Below, piece after piece: positions 47,985-60,831 of a DNA stretch of 64,000 nucleotides (within the stretch, counting starts at the first letter, position 1; every line of letters starts with the position of its first letter). The position numbers and the translations under genes are program-made. The stretch is from an uncultured Candidatus Saccharibacteria bacterium (GTDB lineage: Bacteria > Patescibacteriota > Minisyncoccia > Phycocordibacterales > UBA918): positions 530 through 64,529 of the forward strand of contig CAZVFY010000004.1 of NCBI GenBank assembly GCA_964626635.1. The letters run 5' to 3'. The notes under the pieces were generated by a model that saw nothing but the letters and a program-made list of their open reading frames with translations, searched no databases and had not been told where the DNA came from.

Positions 47985-48320
47985 ATGAGCAAAACCTTCA
48001 AAAATCTATTAATAATACTTAGCATCCTGACCGTTGCAGCTGGAGCCTACTACCTTTTCTCTAGTGGGTCAGCACTAACCGCATCAGTTACGCAAAGCCC
48101 CGCGAATCTCAATGCTCAACTGCTATTGGCAGAAGAATTTGTCAACTGGCAACGGGTGTTGGAGCAAATCGATATCGATAGCACGGTCTTGACCGGTGAT
48201 GAATTCCGCAGCTTGCAGGCACTAGTGTCAGATCCAGAACTATTTTCTGTCGGTCGGCCCGATCCCTTTCTGCCGACTGAGTTTGAGCAGGCCAATCCTG
48301 TAACACAGAACGAGCGGTAG
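47985..48320 (+). CDS. pilus-cluster membrane protein (PilP position)
   Basis: N-terminal TM, GRPDPF motif. Confidence 0.75.
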   Translation: MSKTFKNLLIILSILTVAAGAYYLFSSGSALTASVTQSPANLNAQLLLAEEFVNWQRVLEQIDIDSTVLTGDEFRSLQALVSDPELFSVGRPDPFLPTEFEQANPVTQNER

Positions 48321-48323
48321 TGT

Positions 48324-50156
48324 ATGGATGTATTTAGTGCCCTGAGGGAGGCAAATCTAGTGTCTGCCGATCAGCTGACTGAACTTGAACGTGAGCACGC
48401 TGAAACTGGTAGCAGTCTTGAGTCCCTTTTATCTAGCCGCTCAATTGATGCTGCTACCCTCAGAACCTTTTTTGCCACTTACTATGAGGTCGAATCATAT
48501 GTCCCCGAGTCTGGTATGCGCGTCCCACAAACGTTGTTAGACCTCGTGCCCGAAGAATCAGCCAGACATTACCTCATTGCGCCGATCCGGATGGAGCACG
48601 ATGTACTCATTGTTGGGGTAAATAATCCAGACGATTTACGTATGCGCGAGGCTTTGAATTTTATCAGTTCAAAGCACAACATGCCGTACCACATGGTGTT
48701 TATGCTAGCAGAGGATATTGCCACCCTACATAAACAGTACGAAAACCTTGAAGGTGACGTTGGGGACGCACTACAAACACTAGAAACTGAATTAGATGCC
48801 GAAATTGCTGCCAGCATTGAGGGCGTACCACAGGACGAACGCGATGAAGTGGATCATATTGAAGAGGATGCGCCGGTCACAAAAATTGTGGCAACTATCT
48901 TACGATATGCGGTTGATGGTACTGCGTCTGATATACATATCGAACCAACTGAAAAAAAAATTGGCGTCAGGTTTCGGGTCGACGGCACCCTCGCTACTAG
49001 TTTAGAGCTCCCTAAGAACGTGCACCTAGCAGTAGTGGCACGTGTTAAAATTCTTTCCTCTATGCGCCTTGATGAGCGACGCAAGCCTCAGGACGGTCGG
49101 TTCTCGGCCAAGTTTGATGGTCGGCGAATCGATTTTCGTGTATCTATGTTACCAACGAATCACGGTGAAAAGGTGGTAATGCGTATTTTGGATACCGGTA
49201 AGGGAATCTTGACTCTGGCAGAAAGTGGTATTTCGCCACACAATCTTGATGCCATCAAACGGGTGGTACGAGAACCCTTCGGCATTATTTTGATATCTGG
49301 TCCGACTGGTTCAGGTAAATCAACCACGCTACGGGGAATGGTTGGTGAGGTTGATACGCTCAAAGATAACGTCATGTCGCTTGAAGATCCAATCGAATAC
49401 AATCTTGATGGAGTGAGTCAATCCCAGGTCCGGCCTGAAATTGGCTATACGTTTGCGACTGGATTGCGCGCTGCCTTACGGCAAGACCCAGACATTATCA
49501 TGGTGGGAGAGATTCGTGATAAAGAAACCGCTCAGTTGGCAATCCAAGCAGCGCTCACCGGTCACTTGGTTCTCTCAACCATTCACACCAATAACGCGAT
49601 TGGGGTCATTCCGCGATTAATTGATATGGGGATTGACCCGTATCTTATTGCTCCAACCTTGAAAATGGCAATTGCGCAAAGGCTTTCGCGTACACTGTGT
49701 GCAGATACGGGTCGCGAGGAACCACTTAATGGGTCTACTATAAAAATGTTAGCGAACGTACGGGAAACGCTGCCGGAACAGTACCACCACCGCATTCCCT
49801 CAGGTGATACCATGTTGCATCCAGATCCGACGCCAACCTGTGCCACTGGGTATCGAGGCCGAACCGCTGTAACTGAGGTGTTGGAAATTACAGATGAGAT
49901 CCAGGATCTGATCCTCAAGAATGCGTCAGAAGACAAAATCTACGCTGCCGCACGCAAGAACGGCTTTATCACAGTTCATGAAGACGCGTTAATAAAAGGT
50001 TTGCAACACACTATCCCGTACGAGGAAGTGATGAGCTTTAGTTCACAAATTGGGATTGATGAAGCACCGCCCGAGACAACCGAGAATGTCGATAACCAAA
50101 TCGAGCCTGGTCTGGAGCAGGCTATAATAGAAACTAATGAAAGTTCTATTAGTTGA
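48324..50156 (+). CDS. pilB: type IV pilus assembly ATPase PilB/GspE
   Basis: ASDIHIEP, PQDGR, GPTGSGKSTT, LRQDPD, HLVLSTIHT. Confidence 0.95.
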   Translation: MDVFSALREANLVSADQLTELEREHAETGSSLESLLSSRSIDAATLRTFFATYYEVESYVPESGMRVPQTLLDLVPEESARHYLIAPIRMEHDVLIVGVNNPDDLRMREALNFISSKHNMPYHMVFMLAEDIATLHKQYENLEGDVGDALQTLETELDAEIAASIEGVPQDERDEVDHIEEDAPVTKIVATILRYAVDGTASDIHIEPTEKKIGVRFRVDGTLATSLELPKNVHLAVVARVKILSSMRLDERRKPQDGRFSAKFDGRRIDFRVSMLPTNHGEKVVMRILDTGKGILTLAESGISPHNLDAIKRVVREPFGIILISGPTGSGKSTTLRGMVGEVDTLKDNVMSLEDPIEYNLDGVSQSQVRPEIGYTFATGLRAALRQDPDIIMVGEIRDKETAQLAIQAALTGHLVLSTIHTNNAIGVIPRLIDMGIDPYLIAPTLKMAIAQRLSRTLCADTGREEPLNGSTIKMLANVRETLPEQYHHRIPSGDTMLHPDPTPTCATGYRGRTAVTEVLEITDEIQDLILKNASEDKIYAAARKNGFITVHEDALIKGLQHTIPYEEVMSFSSQIGIDEAPPETTENVDNQIEPGLEQAIIETNESSIS

Positions 50157-50511
50157 TGATGACGCGTTACTAAGCGATATGTACGCTACTAAATTGGGTG
50201 CGTCTGGTCACGAGGTGACCGTTGCTCTGACCGCAGAGCAGGCTGTGCAACAGCTACAGCAATCGGGCTCGGATTTTGCTGTTGCGCTACTTGATATGGT
50301 TATGCCTGGTACTAGTGGCGTAGCATTAATCGAATTGATTACGGCTCTGCCCGACCCACCAGCAGTTGTGATTCTTACTAATCAATCTGAATCAAACGAG
50401 AAAACTGCCGCGCTCTCGGCTGGAGCAGTCGACTATATTATTAAAGCCGAGACTACGCCTGCCGAAGTTGTCTCGGCGGTCGAGGCGGTGGTAAACACAC
50501 CAGCTAGTTAA
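50137..50511 (+). CDS. single-domain response regulator
   Basis: LVDDD, LLDMVMP, LT, YIIK. Confidence 0.93.
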   Translation: MKVLLVDDDALLSDMYATKLGASGHEVTVALTAEQAVQQLQQSGSDFAVALLDMVMPGTSGVALIELITALPDPPAVVILTNQSESNEKTAALSAGAVDYIIKAETTPAEVVSAVEAVVNTPAS

Positions 50512-50520
50512 CTTTTTATT

Positions 50521-51591
50521 ATGGCCACCGCAAACTACCAAAAAGAACTTGACCTCATTATTGACCAAATTATTGCTGAGAAAGCGTCTGATCTGCACCT
50601 ATCAATTGGGGTACATCCGTTAATTCGCATGTCCGGCAGTTTGATTCCATTATTAAAAAAACCAGTGCTGAACGCCACAGACCTTAATGCGTTTGTGCGT
50701 ATTCTCTTACGACCCGATCAATTAGAGCGCTATCTACAATTTGAGGAGGTAGACTTTTCATACCAAACTGTTGAAGGCGTACGCTTTCGAGGCAATGCCT
50801 TCCATCAGCGTGGCAGCATGGGGGTAGTGTTGCGAATAATTCCCAACGAGATTCCCGTTCTTAGTTCCTTGCGCTTACCACCAATTCTTGAGACTTTTGC
50901 TGATCGAAACCAAGGTTTCTTTTTATGTGTGGGGCCGGTAGGTCAAGGGAAGTCAACTACGCTGGCATCCATGATCAGTCACATCAACCGAACTCGACCA
51001 AACCACATTGTTACAATTGAAGATCCGATAGAATACGTGTACGACGACGAGCGATCTTTGATTGATCAAAGAGAGGTGGGGATAGACACCAAGGACTTTC
51101 ACACGGCTCTGAATGCAGCCTTCCGGCAGGATGTTGATGTCATTCTAGTCGGTGAGATGCGTAACCGTGAGACGATCGAGGCGGCGGTGACCGCCGCCGA
51201 AACTGGTCACCTCGTGTTCTCGACGCTCCATACCAACACCGCCGCGCAGACCATCAGTCGTATCGTAGACTCGTTCCCAGGCAATCAGCAAGATCAGATT
51301 CGAGTGCAGCTCGCAGGATCACTAATCGGTATATTCTCTCAACGCTTAGTGCCTAGCATTGATGGAGGGCTCGTACCGGCGTACGAGCTCTTGGTCAACA
51401 ATACTGCCGTCAGCAACCTCATTCGCGAGAACCGCATTCACGAGATTCCTTCAGTGATCGAGACTGGCCTCGAACAGGGTATGATTGACATGAATCGATC
51501 CTTGGCGCGACTCGTGCAAGAGGGGGTGATTACGGTTGAAAGTGCCTTTACTTATTCACAAAATCCTAAGGGCTTAGAGCGCCTGATGTAG
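50521..51591 (+). CDS. pilT: pilus retraction ATPase PilT
   Basis: ASDLHL, GPVGQGKSTT, GEMR, TAAETGHL, VSNLIRE. Confidence 0.95.
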   Translation: MATANYQKELDLIIDQIIAEKASDLHLSIGVHPLIRMSGSLIPLLKKPVLNATDLNAFVRILLRPDQLERYLQFEEVDFSYQTVEGVRFRGNAFHQRGSMGVVLRIIPNEIPVLSSLRLPPILETFADRNQGFFLCVGPVGQGKSTTLASMISHINRTRPNHIVTIEDPIEYVYDDERSLIDQREVGIDTKDFHTALNAAFRQDVDVILVGEMRNRETIEAAVTAAETGHLVFSTLHTNTAAQTISRIVDSFPGNQQDQIRVQLAGSLIGIFSQRLVPSIDGGLVPAYELLVNNTAVSNLIRENRIHEIPSVIETGLEQGMIDMNRSLARLVQEGVITVESAFTYSQNPKGLERLM

Positions 51592-51594
51592 CTT

Positions 51595-52803
51595 ATGTTA
51601 TTTGAATACAAAGCAATTGATCAAGCTAATGTGCAGCGCGAAGGCACCGTTGAGGCGGCGTCCGTTGACGCAGCTATCTCTGCCGTCCAAAAGCGCGGCT
51701 ATACGTTGTTATCAATTGACGAAGTTATTGCAGGCCAAAACCTCTTGAACATAGAGATTGGGTTTCTTAACCGGGTGTCCTACAAGGATGTTGTGATTCT
51801 GTCCCGCCAGATTTCTACTTTGTTCCAGGCCCAGGTGTCGCCGTTGCGAATTTTTAGGCTGCTGTCAGCTGAGATTGAGAACACAAAACTCAAGCTCACC
51901 ATGAACGAAATTGTTGAAGACCTCCAGGGCGGTAGCCCAATCTCGCGCGCGCTCGCCAACCACCCTAGTATCTTTTCATCATTTTATGTGAACCTCGTAC
52001 GTGCTGGTGAGGAATCTGGCTCGCTCGATAAATCATTTGATTACCTGGCGGACTATCTCGACCGCCAGTACGAAATCCAATCAAAGGCACGTAGCGCGCT
52101 GATTTATCCAGCGTTCGTGATCTTTATTTTTGTGGTGGTGATGGTATTGATGATGACGACCGTCATCCCTAATATTGCCGCTATCCTGACAGACTCAGGT
52201 CAAGAACTACCAATCTACACCAAGGTCGTCATCGGCATTTCTGATTTCCTGGTGGCGTATCTGTGGCTGATCATCATTGCGCTCGCGGGGGCAACAATCG
52301 GTGTATGGAAATTTTCACAAACAGCAGCTGGTAAACACTTCCTCGATGAGTTGTGGCTGTCGACACCAGTCCTCGGCAATTTGATCAGCAAAATCATGCT
52401 GACGCGTATTTGTGACAACCTCTCGACCATGCTCAGCAGCGGGATCACCATCGTGCAAGCCCTAGAAGTAACCGCTGACGTGGTCGACAACGCCGTGTTC
52501 CGCGACATCCTCGAGACATCGCTGGTCGAGGTTAAGGGCGGGCGATCGTTTGCTGACGCTTTGTCAGTGCATCCAGAGATCCCCGGCGTATTGGCGCAGA
52601 TGGTCAAGGTCGGGGAAGAAACGGGTAGCATGTCCAATATTCTGGAAACCCTGTCGCATTTCTATCGTCGCGAGGTCAACAATGCGGTCGATACGATGAT
52701 CGGGCTGATCGAGCCGGCTATGATCGTGATGCTCGGCCTCGGCGTCGGGGTACTCCTCGCGTCGGTGCTGATGCCAATCTACAATTTGACGTCTGGGTTC
52801 TAA
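51595..52803 (+). CDS. pilC: type IV pilus platform protein PilC/GspF
   Basis: two GspF repeats (AGEESGSL, VGEETGSM), YP and EP motifs. Confidence 0.95.
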   Translation: MLFEYKAIDQANVQREGTVEAASVDAAISAVQKRGYTLLSIDEVIAGQNLLNIEIGFLNRVSYKDVVILSRQISTLFQAQVSPLRIFRLLSAEIENTKLKLTMNEIVEDLQGGSPISRALANHPSIFSSFYVNLVRAGEESGSLDKSFDYLADYLDRQYEIQSKARSALIYPAFVIFIFVVVMVLMMTTVIPNIAAILTDSGQELPIYTKVVIGISDFLVAYLWLIIIALAGATIGVWKFSQTAAGKHFLDELWLSTPVLGNLISKIMLTRICDNLSTMLSSGITIVQALEVTADVVDNAVFRDILETSLVEVKGGRSFADALSVHPEIPGVLAQMVKVGEETGSMSNILETLSHFYRREVNNAVDTMIGLIEPAMIVMLGLGVGVLLASVLMPIYNLTSGF

Positions 52804-52977
52804 ACGATCTTGTCCACACACCCTCACCCAAATCACAATTGCGCTCCCTCAGCGTTTTATAATGAAAGCACGTTCCTTTAGTAGTAGCTCGATACGGTAC
52901 AACGTAGCGCGACACTCCGGAACCGTTTGCGGTGTGCAGCTGACACCGGAAGCTAATTACACACATAATAATTTATT

Positions 52978-53457
52978 ATGAAAAAACTTATGACACGAGG
53001 TTTTACGCTCATCGAGCTCCTCGTTGTAATCGCGATTATTGGTATCCTCGCAGCCGTTGTCCTTGGGTCACTCAGTGACGCCCGTCAAGGTGGGCAAGAT
53101 GCCTCAATTAAGCAGACTATGGCTAGTCTACGGTCACAAGCTGAAATATTCTACAATGGTACAGGTGGATTTAGTTACTCTGGTGTATGTGCAGATGCAG
53201 ACATTGCATCTTCAATCACTGGTGCTCTCAATGTCGTTAATGGCGACCCTTATGTTGCGGCTAATGACACTAACACTTTGGCAACAAATAGCGCAACGAC
53301 TGACACTGATAAAAAGGCAATGTGTAACGCTAACTCAACCGCGTACCAAATTACTGTGCCGCTTGCAGATGGTTCAGCATTTTGGTGTGTAGACTCAAAT
53401 GGTCGAGCGCTTGAGGTTGCGACCTCACCAGCAGTCGGCGATGTCGCGTGTAGTTAA
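52978..53457 (+). CDS. major type IV pilin
   Basis: RG|FTLIELLVVIAIIGILAA; C-terminal Cys; own terminator. Confidence 0.93.
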   Translation: MKKLMTRGFTLIELLVVIAIIGILAAVVLGSLSDARQGGQDASIKQTMASLRSQAEIFYNGTGGFSYSGVCADADIASSITGALNVVNGDPYVAANDTNTLATNSATTDTDKKAMCNANSTAYQITVPLADGSAFWCVDSNGRALEVATSPAVGDVACS

Positions 53458-53474
53458 AATTAACAACGCTATAG

Positions 53475-53497
53475 AAAAACCGCCTCGGCGGTTTTTT
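53475..53497 (+). terminator. intrinsic terminator after the pilin gene
   Basis: AAAAACCGCC-TC-GGCGGTTTTTT. Confidence 0.8.
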
Positions 53498-53520
53498 GTT
53501 TGTTATACTTTCTGTACTGC

Positions 53521-54438
53521 ATGCCGGACTCTTTCCTCGCCATCCTTACTGCCACCACGCTCATCTCGGGCTGGGTGTGGATCATTGTACTGGCAATTTT
53601 TGGGGCGATTATTGGCAGTTTCCTTAATGTGGTCATCTACCGCTTTCATACCGGACGGTCATTGTCCGGCCGGTCGCACTGTATGTCGTGCGGACGGGGG
53701 CTGGTGTGGTACGAGCTATTTCCAGTCGCGTCATACGTAGTGCTGCGTGGGCGCTGTCGGACGTGTTCGTCGTACGTACCTAGTCGCTACGCGCTGGTCG
53801 AGGGACTGACAGCGGGGCTGTTTGTGCTGGCGGGGCTGACGGCTGACAGTGCTGTCGAGCTGCTGTGGCTGGTCGCGCTACTATCAGTACTGGTAGTGCT
53901 ATCGGTGTACGACTACTACCACTTGATCATTCCAGATAGATTGACGGTCTATGTGTCGGTGCTGATCGGCGGCTGGTGGGTGTACCTGGTGTATGTGGGC
54001 GAGCGGACGGCAGTTGATGCACTCACGGCGCTTGCGCTCGCGTTTGCGGCAGCCATTTTCTTTTTCTTATTGTGGCTCGGGACGCGCGGGCGAGCGCTCG
54101 GGTTCGGGGATGTCAAATTAGCTCTACCGCTAGGGTTGTTGGCGACGGCTGGCACCGCCTCTGTCGCCGGTGCGACTAGTGCAGGCGTGGGCGCAGGCAG
54201 CATGGCGGCCGCGGCGTTTTCGTTCGTCGCGTTATCGTTCTGGGTGGGGGCGATCATCAGTCTGTCATATCTGGCGATCAGCGCGCTCAGGGCGCATAAA
54301 CGGGGACAACCTCACCTGCCTGGGCAGCCACGGCTTACAATGAAAAGTGCCGTACCCTTTGGGCCATTTATGGTGATCGGGGCGCTTCTGGTGTATGTCT
54401 TTCATGTTAATGTGTTACAGCTATTTAGTTTTATGTAA
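53521..54438 (+). CDS. pilD: prepilin peptidase
   Basis: GSFLNVVIYR, CxxC pairs, YD..IIPD, GFGDVKL, VPFGPF. Confidence 0.95.
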   Translation: MPDSFLAILTATTLISGWVWIIVLAIFGAIIGSFLNVVIYRFHTGRSLSGRSHCMSCGRGLVWYELFPVASYVVLRGRCRTCSSYVPSRYALVEGLTAGLFVLAGLTADSAVELLWLVALLSVLVVLSVYDYYHLIIPDRLTVYVSVLIGGWWVYLVYVGERTAVDALTALALAFAAAIFFFLLWLGTRGRALGFGDVKLALPLGLLATAGTASVAGATSAGVGAGSMAAAAFSFVALSFWVGAIISLSYLAISALRAHKRGQPHLPGQPRLTMKSAVPFGPFMVIGALLVYVFHVNVLQLFSFM

Positions 54439-55099
54439 TCGTACAAACGAGGCGCATGATGGCGTGGAGCGTCGGTCCGGCTGGTCTCGAGTCTCAAGTC
54501 AACGTGGGTTTTCGTTGGTTGAATTGATTGTTAGCATTGGAATCGTAGTGTTAGTCCTGTCGATTGTGGTGGTGCAGCAGCAGTCGTTTAATAGCGCCGT
54601 GATTCTGCGTAGCCAAGCCTACGAAATCGCCCTCGATATTAGGCAGACCCAATTAGCAGCAATTAGTGCGCTCAATACTGATACCGGCGGCACGGCGTCA
54701 TTCCGGACTAATCTCGGCATTGAATTCAGTGATATTGCAGGTGGGAATGCGAATCAGCAGTACACTATTTTTGTGGATGAGAATGACGACGGGATGCGTA
54801 GCTTGGCTGATACTATCCTCACGCGTGGACTGATTGATACACGCTTCGCAGTGCTTAATTTTGTTCAGTCCGACGGTACTGCCGTGTCTGGCTCTCCAAA
54901 TAATAACCTGGCAATTTCATTTGAACGACCCAATTATGATGCAATTTTCACCCTTGACGGCACGACCCTTACGCCAAGTTCCGGGGGGGTCAAAATCAGG
55001 GTTGGTCCCATCGGAGCCGCTGCTAGCGATCCTTGTCCCACCGTACGCGAAATAGAAATTACCACCACTGGCCAGATTGGGGTGGTAGAATGTCCTTAG
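54395..55099 (+). CDS. minor pilin (FimT-like); true start probably later, e.g. GTG 54464
   Basis: RG|FSLVELIVSI. Confidence 0.88.
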   Translation: MSFMLMCYSYLVLCNRTNEAHDGVERRSGWSRVSSQRGFSLVELIVSIGIVVLVLSIVVVQQQSFNSAVILRSQAYEIALDIRQTQLAAISALNTDTGGTASFRTNLGIEFSDIAGGNANQQYTIFVDENDDGMRSLADTILTRGLIDTRFAVLNFVQSDGTAVSGSPNNNLAISFERPNYDAIFTLDGTTLTPSSGGVKIRVGPIGAAASDPCPTVREIEITTTGQIGVVECP

Positions 55100-55100
55100 T

Positions 55101-55811
55101 ATGCAGCAATTTCAACACAAATCGTCAGTTACAGACCAGCCCAATGAACCGGGTGGGTTCACGTTGATCGAGATCATTGTGTCATTGACACTGTTTACTG
55201 TAGTAATCACTATTTCAGTTGGATCACTCCTCATGCTCATTAGTGCCAATAAACAAATCCAAGGTGAACAAGTAATTCTCGATAATATTGCTTTTGCGAT
55301 GGACACAATGACACGCGAGATCAGAACGGGAACAAACTACTACTGCGCGAAAGATCAAAATAGTATTGCAGAAACTTCATTGCCAGACAGAATGTTTGAT
55401 GGAGCAGGCAACGATGATCATGAATCTATTGGTATGAACACTGAAGATTGTGAGGCTGGTCGTAACGGATTTAATTACACCGGTATAAGTTTTATTGAAG
55501 GTGGAAATAGTATTACCGGTACCGCCAGTAACCGTATTGCATACTATTTTAAAATTGACAGCTTAAATCCTGAGAACCAAACTATTTATCGTAGAGTCGG
55601 CAATGGTCCAGAACAAAAGTTAATCTCGACGAGCGACGTATTAGTGCAAAGCGCTTCTTTCTTTGTAACGGGGACAGACACAGTTGCGAGCGCGAACGAA
55701 ACCACTCAGCCAACTGTTACAATTCAAATTGAGGCCGTAGACGCCAATGCGGTCAATCCTAAAACTCACTTTCTCTCTACTACTGTCACCCAGCGCACTC
55801 TCGATATATGA
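55101..55811 (+). CDS. minor pilin (PilW-like)
   Basis: GG|FTLIEIIVSL, MTREIR. Confidence 0.9.
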   Translation: MQQFQHKSSVTDQPNEPGGFTLIEIIVSLTLFTVVITISVGSLLMLISANKQIQGEQVILDNIAFAMDTMTREIRTGTNYYCAKDQNSIAETSLPDRMFDGAGNDDHESIGMNTEDCEAGRNGFNYTGISFIEGGNSITGTASNRIAYYFKIDSLNPENQTIYRRVGNGPEQKLISTSDVLVQSASFFVTGTDTVASANETTQPTVTIQIEAVDANAVNPKTHFLSTTVTQRTLDI

Positions 55812-56407
55812 TTCATTACAAACAACTATTTGGTTTTAGTTTGGTCGAGACGCTGGTGGCAATTTCGCTCTTGTTGATCGTGATTACAGGACCCCTATCA
55901 ATCGCGTCGCAATCTGCACAAAGTACCAATTATGCTAATGAAGAGATTGTGGCGTACTTTCTTGCTCAGGAGGGGGCCGAACTGGCACAAAAGGCGCGAG
56001 ATGATTTATTGTTGCCGTATTTTACCGGGTCGTCGGTTGGGACTGAGTGGACGCAATTCCTGGACGGTGGTACATATGATATTTGCTATAATTCTGCTGG
56101 CTGTGGCTTAGAAATTGAACCAAGTGTTGCTGGCAACGCCGAATTAGTTATTACCGACTGCAGTGTAACAGGCGCTTGCCGACTGTATATTAATGCCACT
56201 GCCGAAGATCGAGCTCGCTATACGCACACCACTGGCTCGTCTACACCCTATACCCGCACTATTACGCTTGCTGGTCAGGATGAGGATGGTGATGGTGATG
56301 ATGACTCGGTTCGAGTCCAGTCGTCCGTTACGTGGCGCACCGGCGAACAGATCCGTGAGCAGTCGACTACTGTTACTACCTATTTATTCAATACTTATGT
56401 TCGCTAA
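55808..56407 (+). CDS. minor pilin (PilV-like)
   Basis: FG|FSLVETLVAI, AYFLAQEGAE. Confidence 0.9.
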   Translation: MIHYKQLFGFSLVETLVAISLLLIVITGPLSIASQSAQSTNYANEEIVAYFLAQEGAELAQKARDDLLLPYFTGSSVGTEWTQFLDGGTYDICYNSAGCGLEIEPSVAGNAELVITDCSVTGACRLYINATAEDRARYTHTTGSSTPYTRTITLAGQDEDGDGDDDSVRVQSSVTWRTGEQIREQSTTVTTYLFNTYVR

Positions 56408-56984
56408 GTACGCACCACAATCTGGTTTTGCATTGCTCGTGTCTTTAGTAGTTGTGGGGGTGGTGTTGTCGGTCGGTATGGTATTGCTCGACCTCACTAT
56501 CAAACAAGTCGAGCTAGCAACCACTACTCGTAACTCTGAAATCGCTTTTCATGCAGCGAACGCTGGGATGGAATGCGCGCAGTATGTACGCCGCGCAAAC
56601 CCAACATTAAATTCGACAATACCCGGTTCAATCACACCAGAATGTTTCGGTGCATCAGCCCTCGCAAACACCCGAACAGAGAATGCGGCGCTTGATATCT
56701 ACGAGTACGATTACCAGTTTACGTGGGGTTCATCTGGTAGCGAACGTTGCTCTTTGATACGAATGGTGGTAGCGAATCCTGAGGTTTCTGATATTGATGT
56801 GAATGACATCTTGATTAGCAACGCATCATTTCAAACTGTGATCCCTGGGTATCCTGACGGGCAAGCGTTTGAATGTAGTGAAGGTTCACAGTGCACCACT
56901 ATTTCAGTTAAGGGGTACAATCGACCGTGCCCCCAAATAAATAATTTTGGTGTCGTAGAACGAGAGGTTCTGCTAGAATTCTAG
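56397..56984 (+). CDS. PilX-like minor pilin
   Basis: SG|FALLVSL (no E5), SEIAFHAANAGMECA. Confidence 0.85.
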   Translation: MFAKYAPQSGFALLVSLVVVGVVLSVGMVLLDLTIKQVELATTTRNSEIAFHAANAGMECAQYVRRANPTLNSTIPGSITPECFGASALANTRTENAALDIYEYDYQFTWGSSGSERCSLIRMVVANPEVSDIDVNDILISNASFQTVIPGYPDGQAFECSEGSQCTTISVKGYNRPCPQINNFGVVEREVLLEF

Positions 56985-59024
<2,040 letters not shown>

Positions 59025-59088
59025 GGCACCATCTGTAATATTGTGTGGGTAATGGTGAGCTAACTAAAATCGTGCTACGCTAGACGGC

Positions 59089-59400
59089 ATGAATAAAGAA
59101 GAGTTAGTACACCTCGGCGAACTAGCGCGCATCCGCCTAGACGACCGTGAACTAAGCGCCCTTGAACAAGAACTGTCCGCCATTGTAGATTATGTGGGCC
59201 AAGTGAACGCAGTGGTGAGCACCGCCGACACGACTGCGCCAAGCGAACCAACTGTCGGTGCGCTATACAACGTACTTCGCCCCGACGTTGTCACCAACGA
59301 ACCAGGTGAATACACTGAGACGTTATTGCGGGAAATGCCGCGGACTGATGGCCAGTTTATGAAAGTTCCCAAAATTATTGATACCAATAAAGACAGTTAA
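59089..59400 (+). CDS. gatC: Asp/Glu-tRNA amidotransferase subunit C
   Basis: LARI, LRPD, MKVPKI; directly before gatA. Confidence 0.93.
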   Translation: MNKEELVHLGELARIRLDDRELSALEQELSAIVDYVGQVNAVVSTADTTAPSEPTVGALYNVLRPDVVTNEPGEYTETLLREMPRTDGQFMKVPKIIDTNKDS

Positions 59401-59409
59401 CGTACCCGT

Positions 59410-60831
59410 ATGCGAACTATCACTGACATCCAAGCTGAATACACTACCGGTACCAAACCAATAGACGTTATGACGCAGTACCTCGACGTCATTAAAGACA
59501 AGAATGATGACATCAACGCGCTGCTTGATGTCTATCAAAACGAGGCTATGGCGGCCGCTGCAAACGCAAGCGGGCAACTCGCCGCTGAGCAGCCCGTCCC
59601 GCTGGCAGGCGTACCGATCGTAATCAAGAACAACATCATGTACGCCGACCATCGTGTCACCGCGGCATCGAAAATGCTCGAGCATTACACCGCGACCTAC
59701 AGCGCCACGATCGTCGATCGATTAAAAGCCGCTGGAGCGATCATCATCGGCGCAGCGAACCTCGATGAGTTTGCGATGGGTAGTTCGACTGAGAACTCAG
59801 CCTTTGGCGTCACCAAAAATCCGCATGATACTACCCGTGTCCCAGGTGGTACTTCCGGTGGGTCTGCCGCGGCGGTCGCAGCAGGAATGGTGCCAGCCGC
59901 TATTGGTACTGATACGGGCGGGTCGGTGCGGCAGCCCGCTAGTTACTGTGGCCTCGTCGGGTACAAGCCGACGTATGGCGCAGTGTCACGATACGGCTTA
60001 CTGGCCATGGGGTCGAGTCTCGATCAGGCTGGTCCACTGACACACACGGTTGCTGACGCCGAGTTATTACACAACATCATGAGCGGGCATGATCCACTCG
60101 ACGGCACCACCATCCAGCTTGACACGTATCCCGAGGTCTCTGCCAAAGACTCCTACACCATCGGTGTACCTCGCTCATTCCTGACCAACGGGGTCGATCC
60201 AGATGTGCTGACCGCGTTTGAGGCGCAGCTGGAGTCGCTACGCTCGGCGGGGCACAGCGTCGTCGACATCGACTTGCCGCTCTTTGAGAACGGACTAGCG
60301 GCGTACTACATTGTCATGCCGGCCGAGGTGTCGTCGAACTTAGCTCGATATGACGGTATGCGCTACGGCCTATCGGTTGATTCAGACGTCATTGCTGATA
60401 TCTATAAAGACACCCGGGCCGCCGGCTTTGGGGCTGAGGTCAAGCGGCGGATCTTGCTCGGGACATACGTCTTGTCATCTGGTTACTATGACGCTTACTA
60501 CACCAAAGCCGAACAATTACGGACGCTCATGCGACAAGAATTAGACCGGACCTTCCAATCGGTTGATATCATCGCGACGCCAACCGCGCCGACACCAGCC
60601 TTTCGGATCGGCGAACAGTCTGACCCACTCTCAATGTACCGCCAAGACATCTTTACTGTACCGGTCAACCTGACGGGTGTGCCAGCGCTCTCGGTGCCAA
60701 TGGGAACCGTTGACAGGTCCGGTGTCTCGCTGCCAGTTGGCGTACAATATATAGGACCGCACGCCGGTGACGCGCGTTTGTTTGCGTTCGGCAAGGCAAC
60801 CTATGATTCTCAAATTCATCCAGGACAATAA
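59410..60831 (+). CDS. gatA: Asp/Glu-tRNA amidotransferase subunit A
   Basis: amidase signature GGTSGGSAAAV, TDTGGSVRQP, SSNLARYDG, KRRILLG. Confidence 0.97.
   Translation: MRTITDIQAEYTTGTKPIDVMTQYLDVIKDKNDDINALLDVYQNEAMAAAANASGQLAAEQPVPLAGVPIVIKNNIMYADHRVTAASKMLEHYTATYSATIVDRLKAAGAIIIGAANLDEFAMGSSTENSAFGVTKNPHDTTRVPGGTSGGSAAAVAAGMVPAAIGTDTGGSVRQPASYCGLVGYKPTYGAVSRYGLLAMGSSLDQAGPLTHTVADAELLHNIMSGHDPLDGTTIQLDTYPEVSAKDSYTIGVPRSFLTNGVDPDVLTAFEAQLESLRSAGHSVVDIDLPLFENGLAAYYIVMPAEVSSNLARYDGMRYGLSVDSDVIADIYKDTRAAGFGAEVKRRILLGTYVLSSGYYDAYYTKAEQLRTLMRQELDRTFQSVDIIATPTAPTPAFRIGEQSDPLSMYRQDIFTVPVNLTGVPALSVPMGTVDRSGVSLPVGVQYIGPHAGDARLFAFGKATYDSQIHPGQ

Noticed and set aside
45535-56984. Type IV pilus cluster as a novel system
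   Set aside because: This content and order, including the lone receiver protein, is ordinary for Parcubacteria-like genomes.
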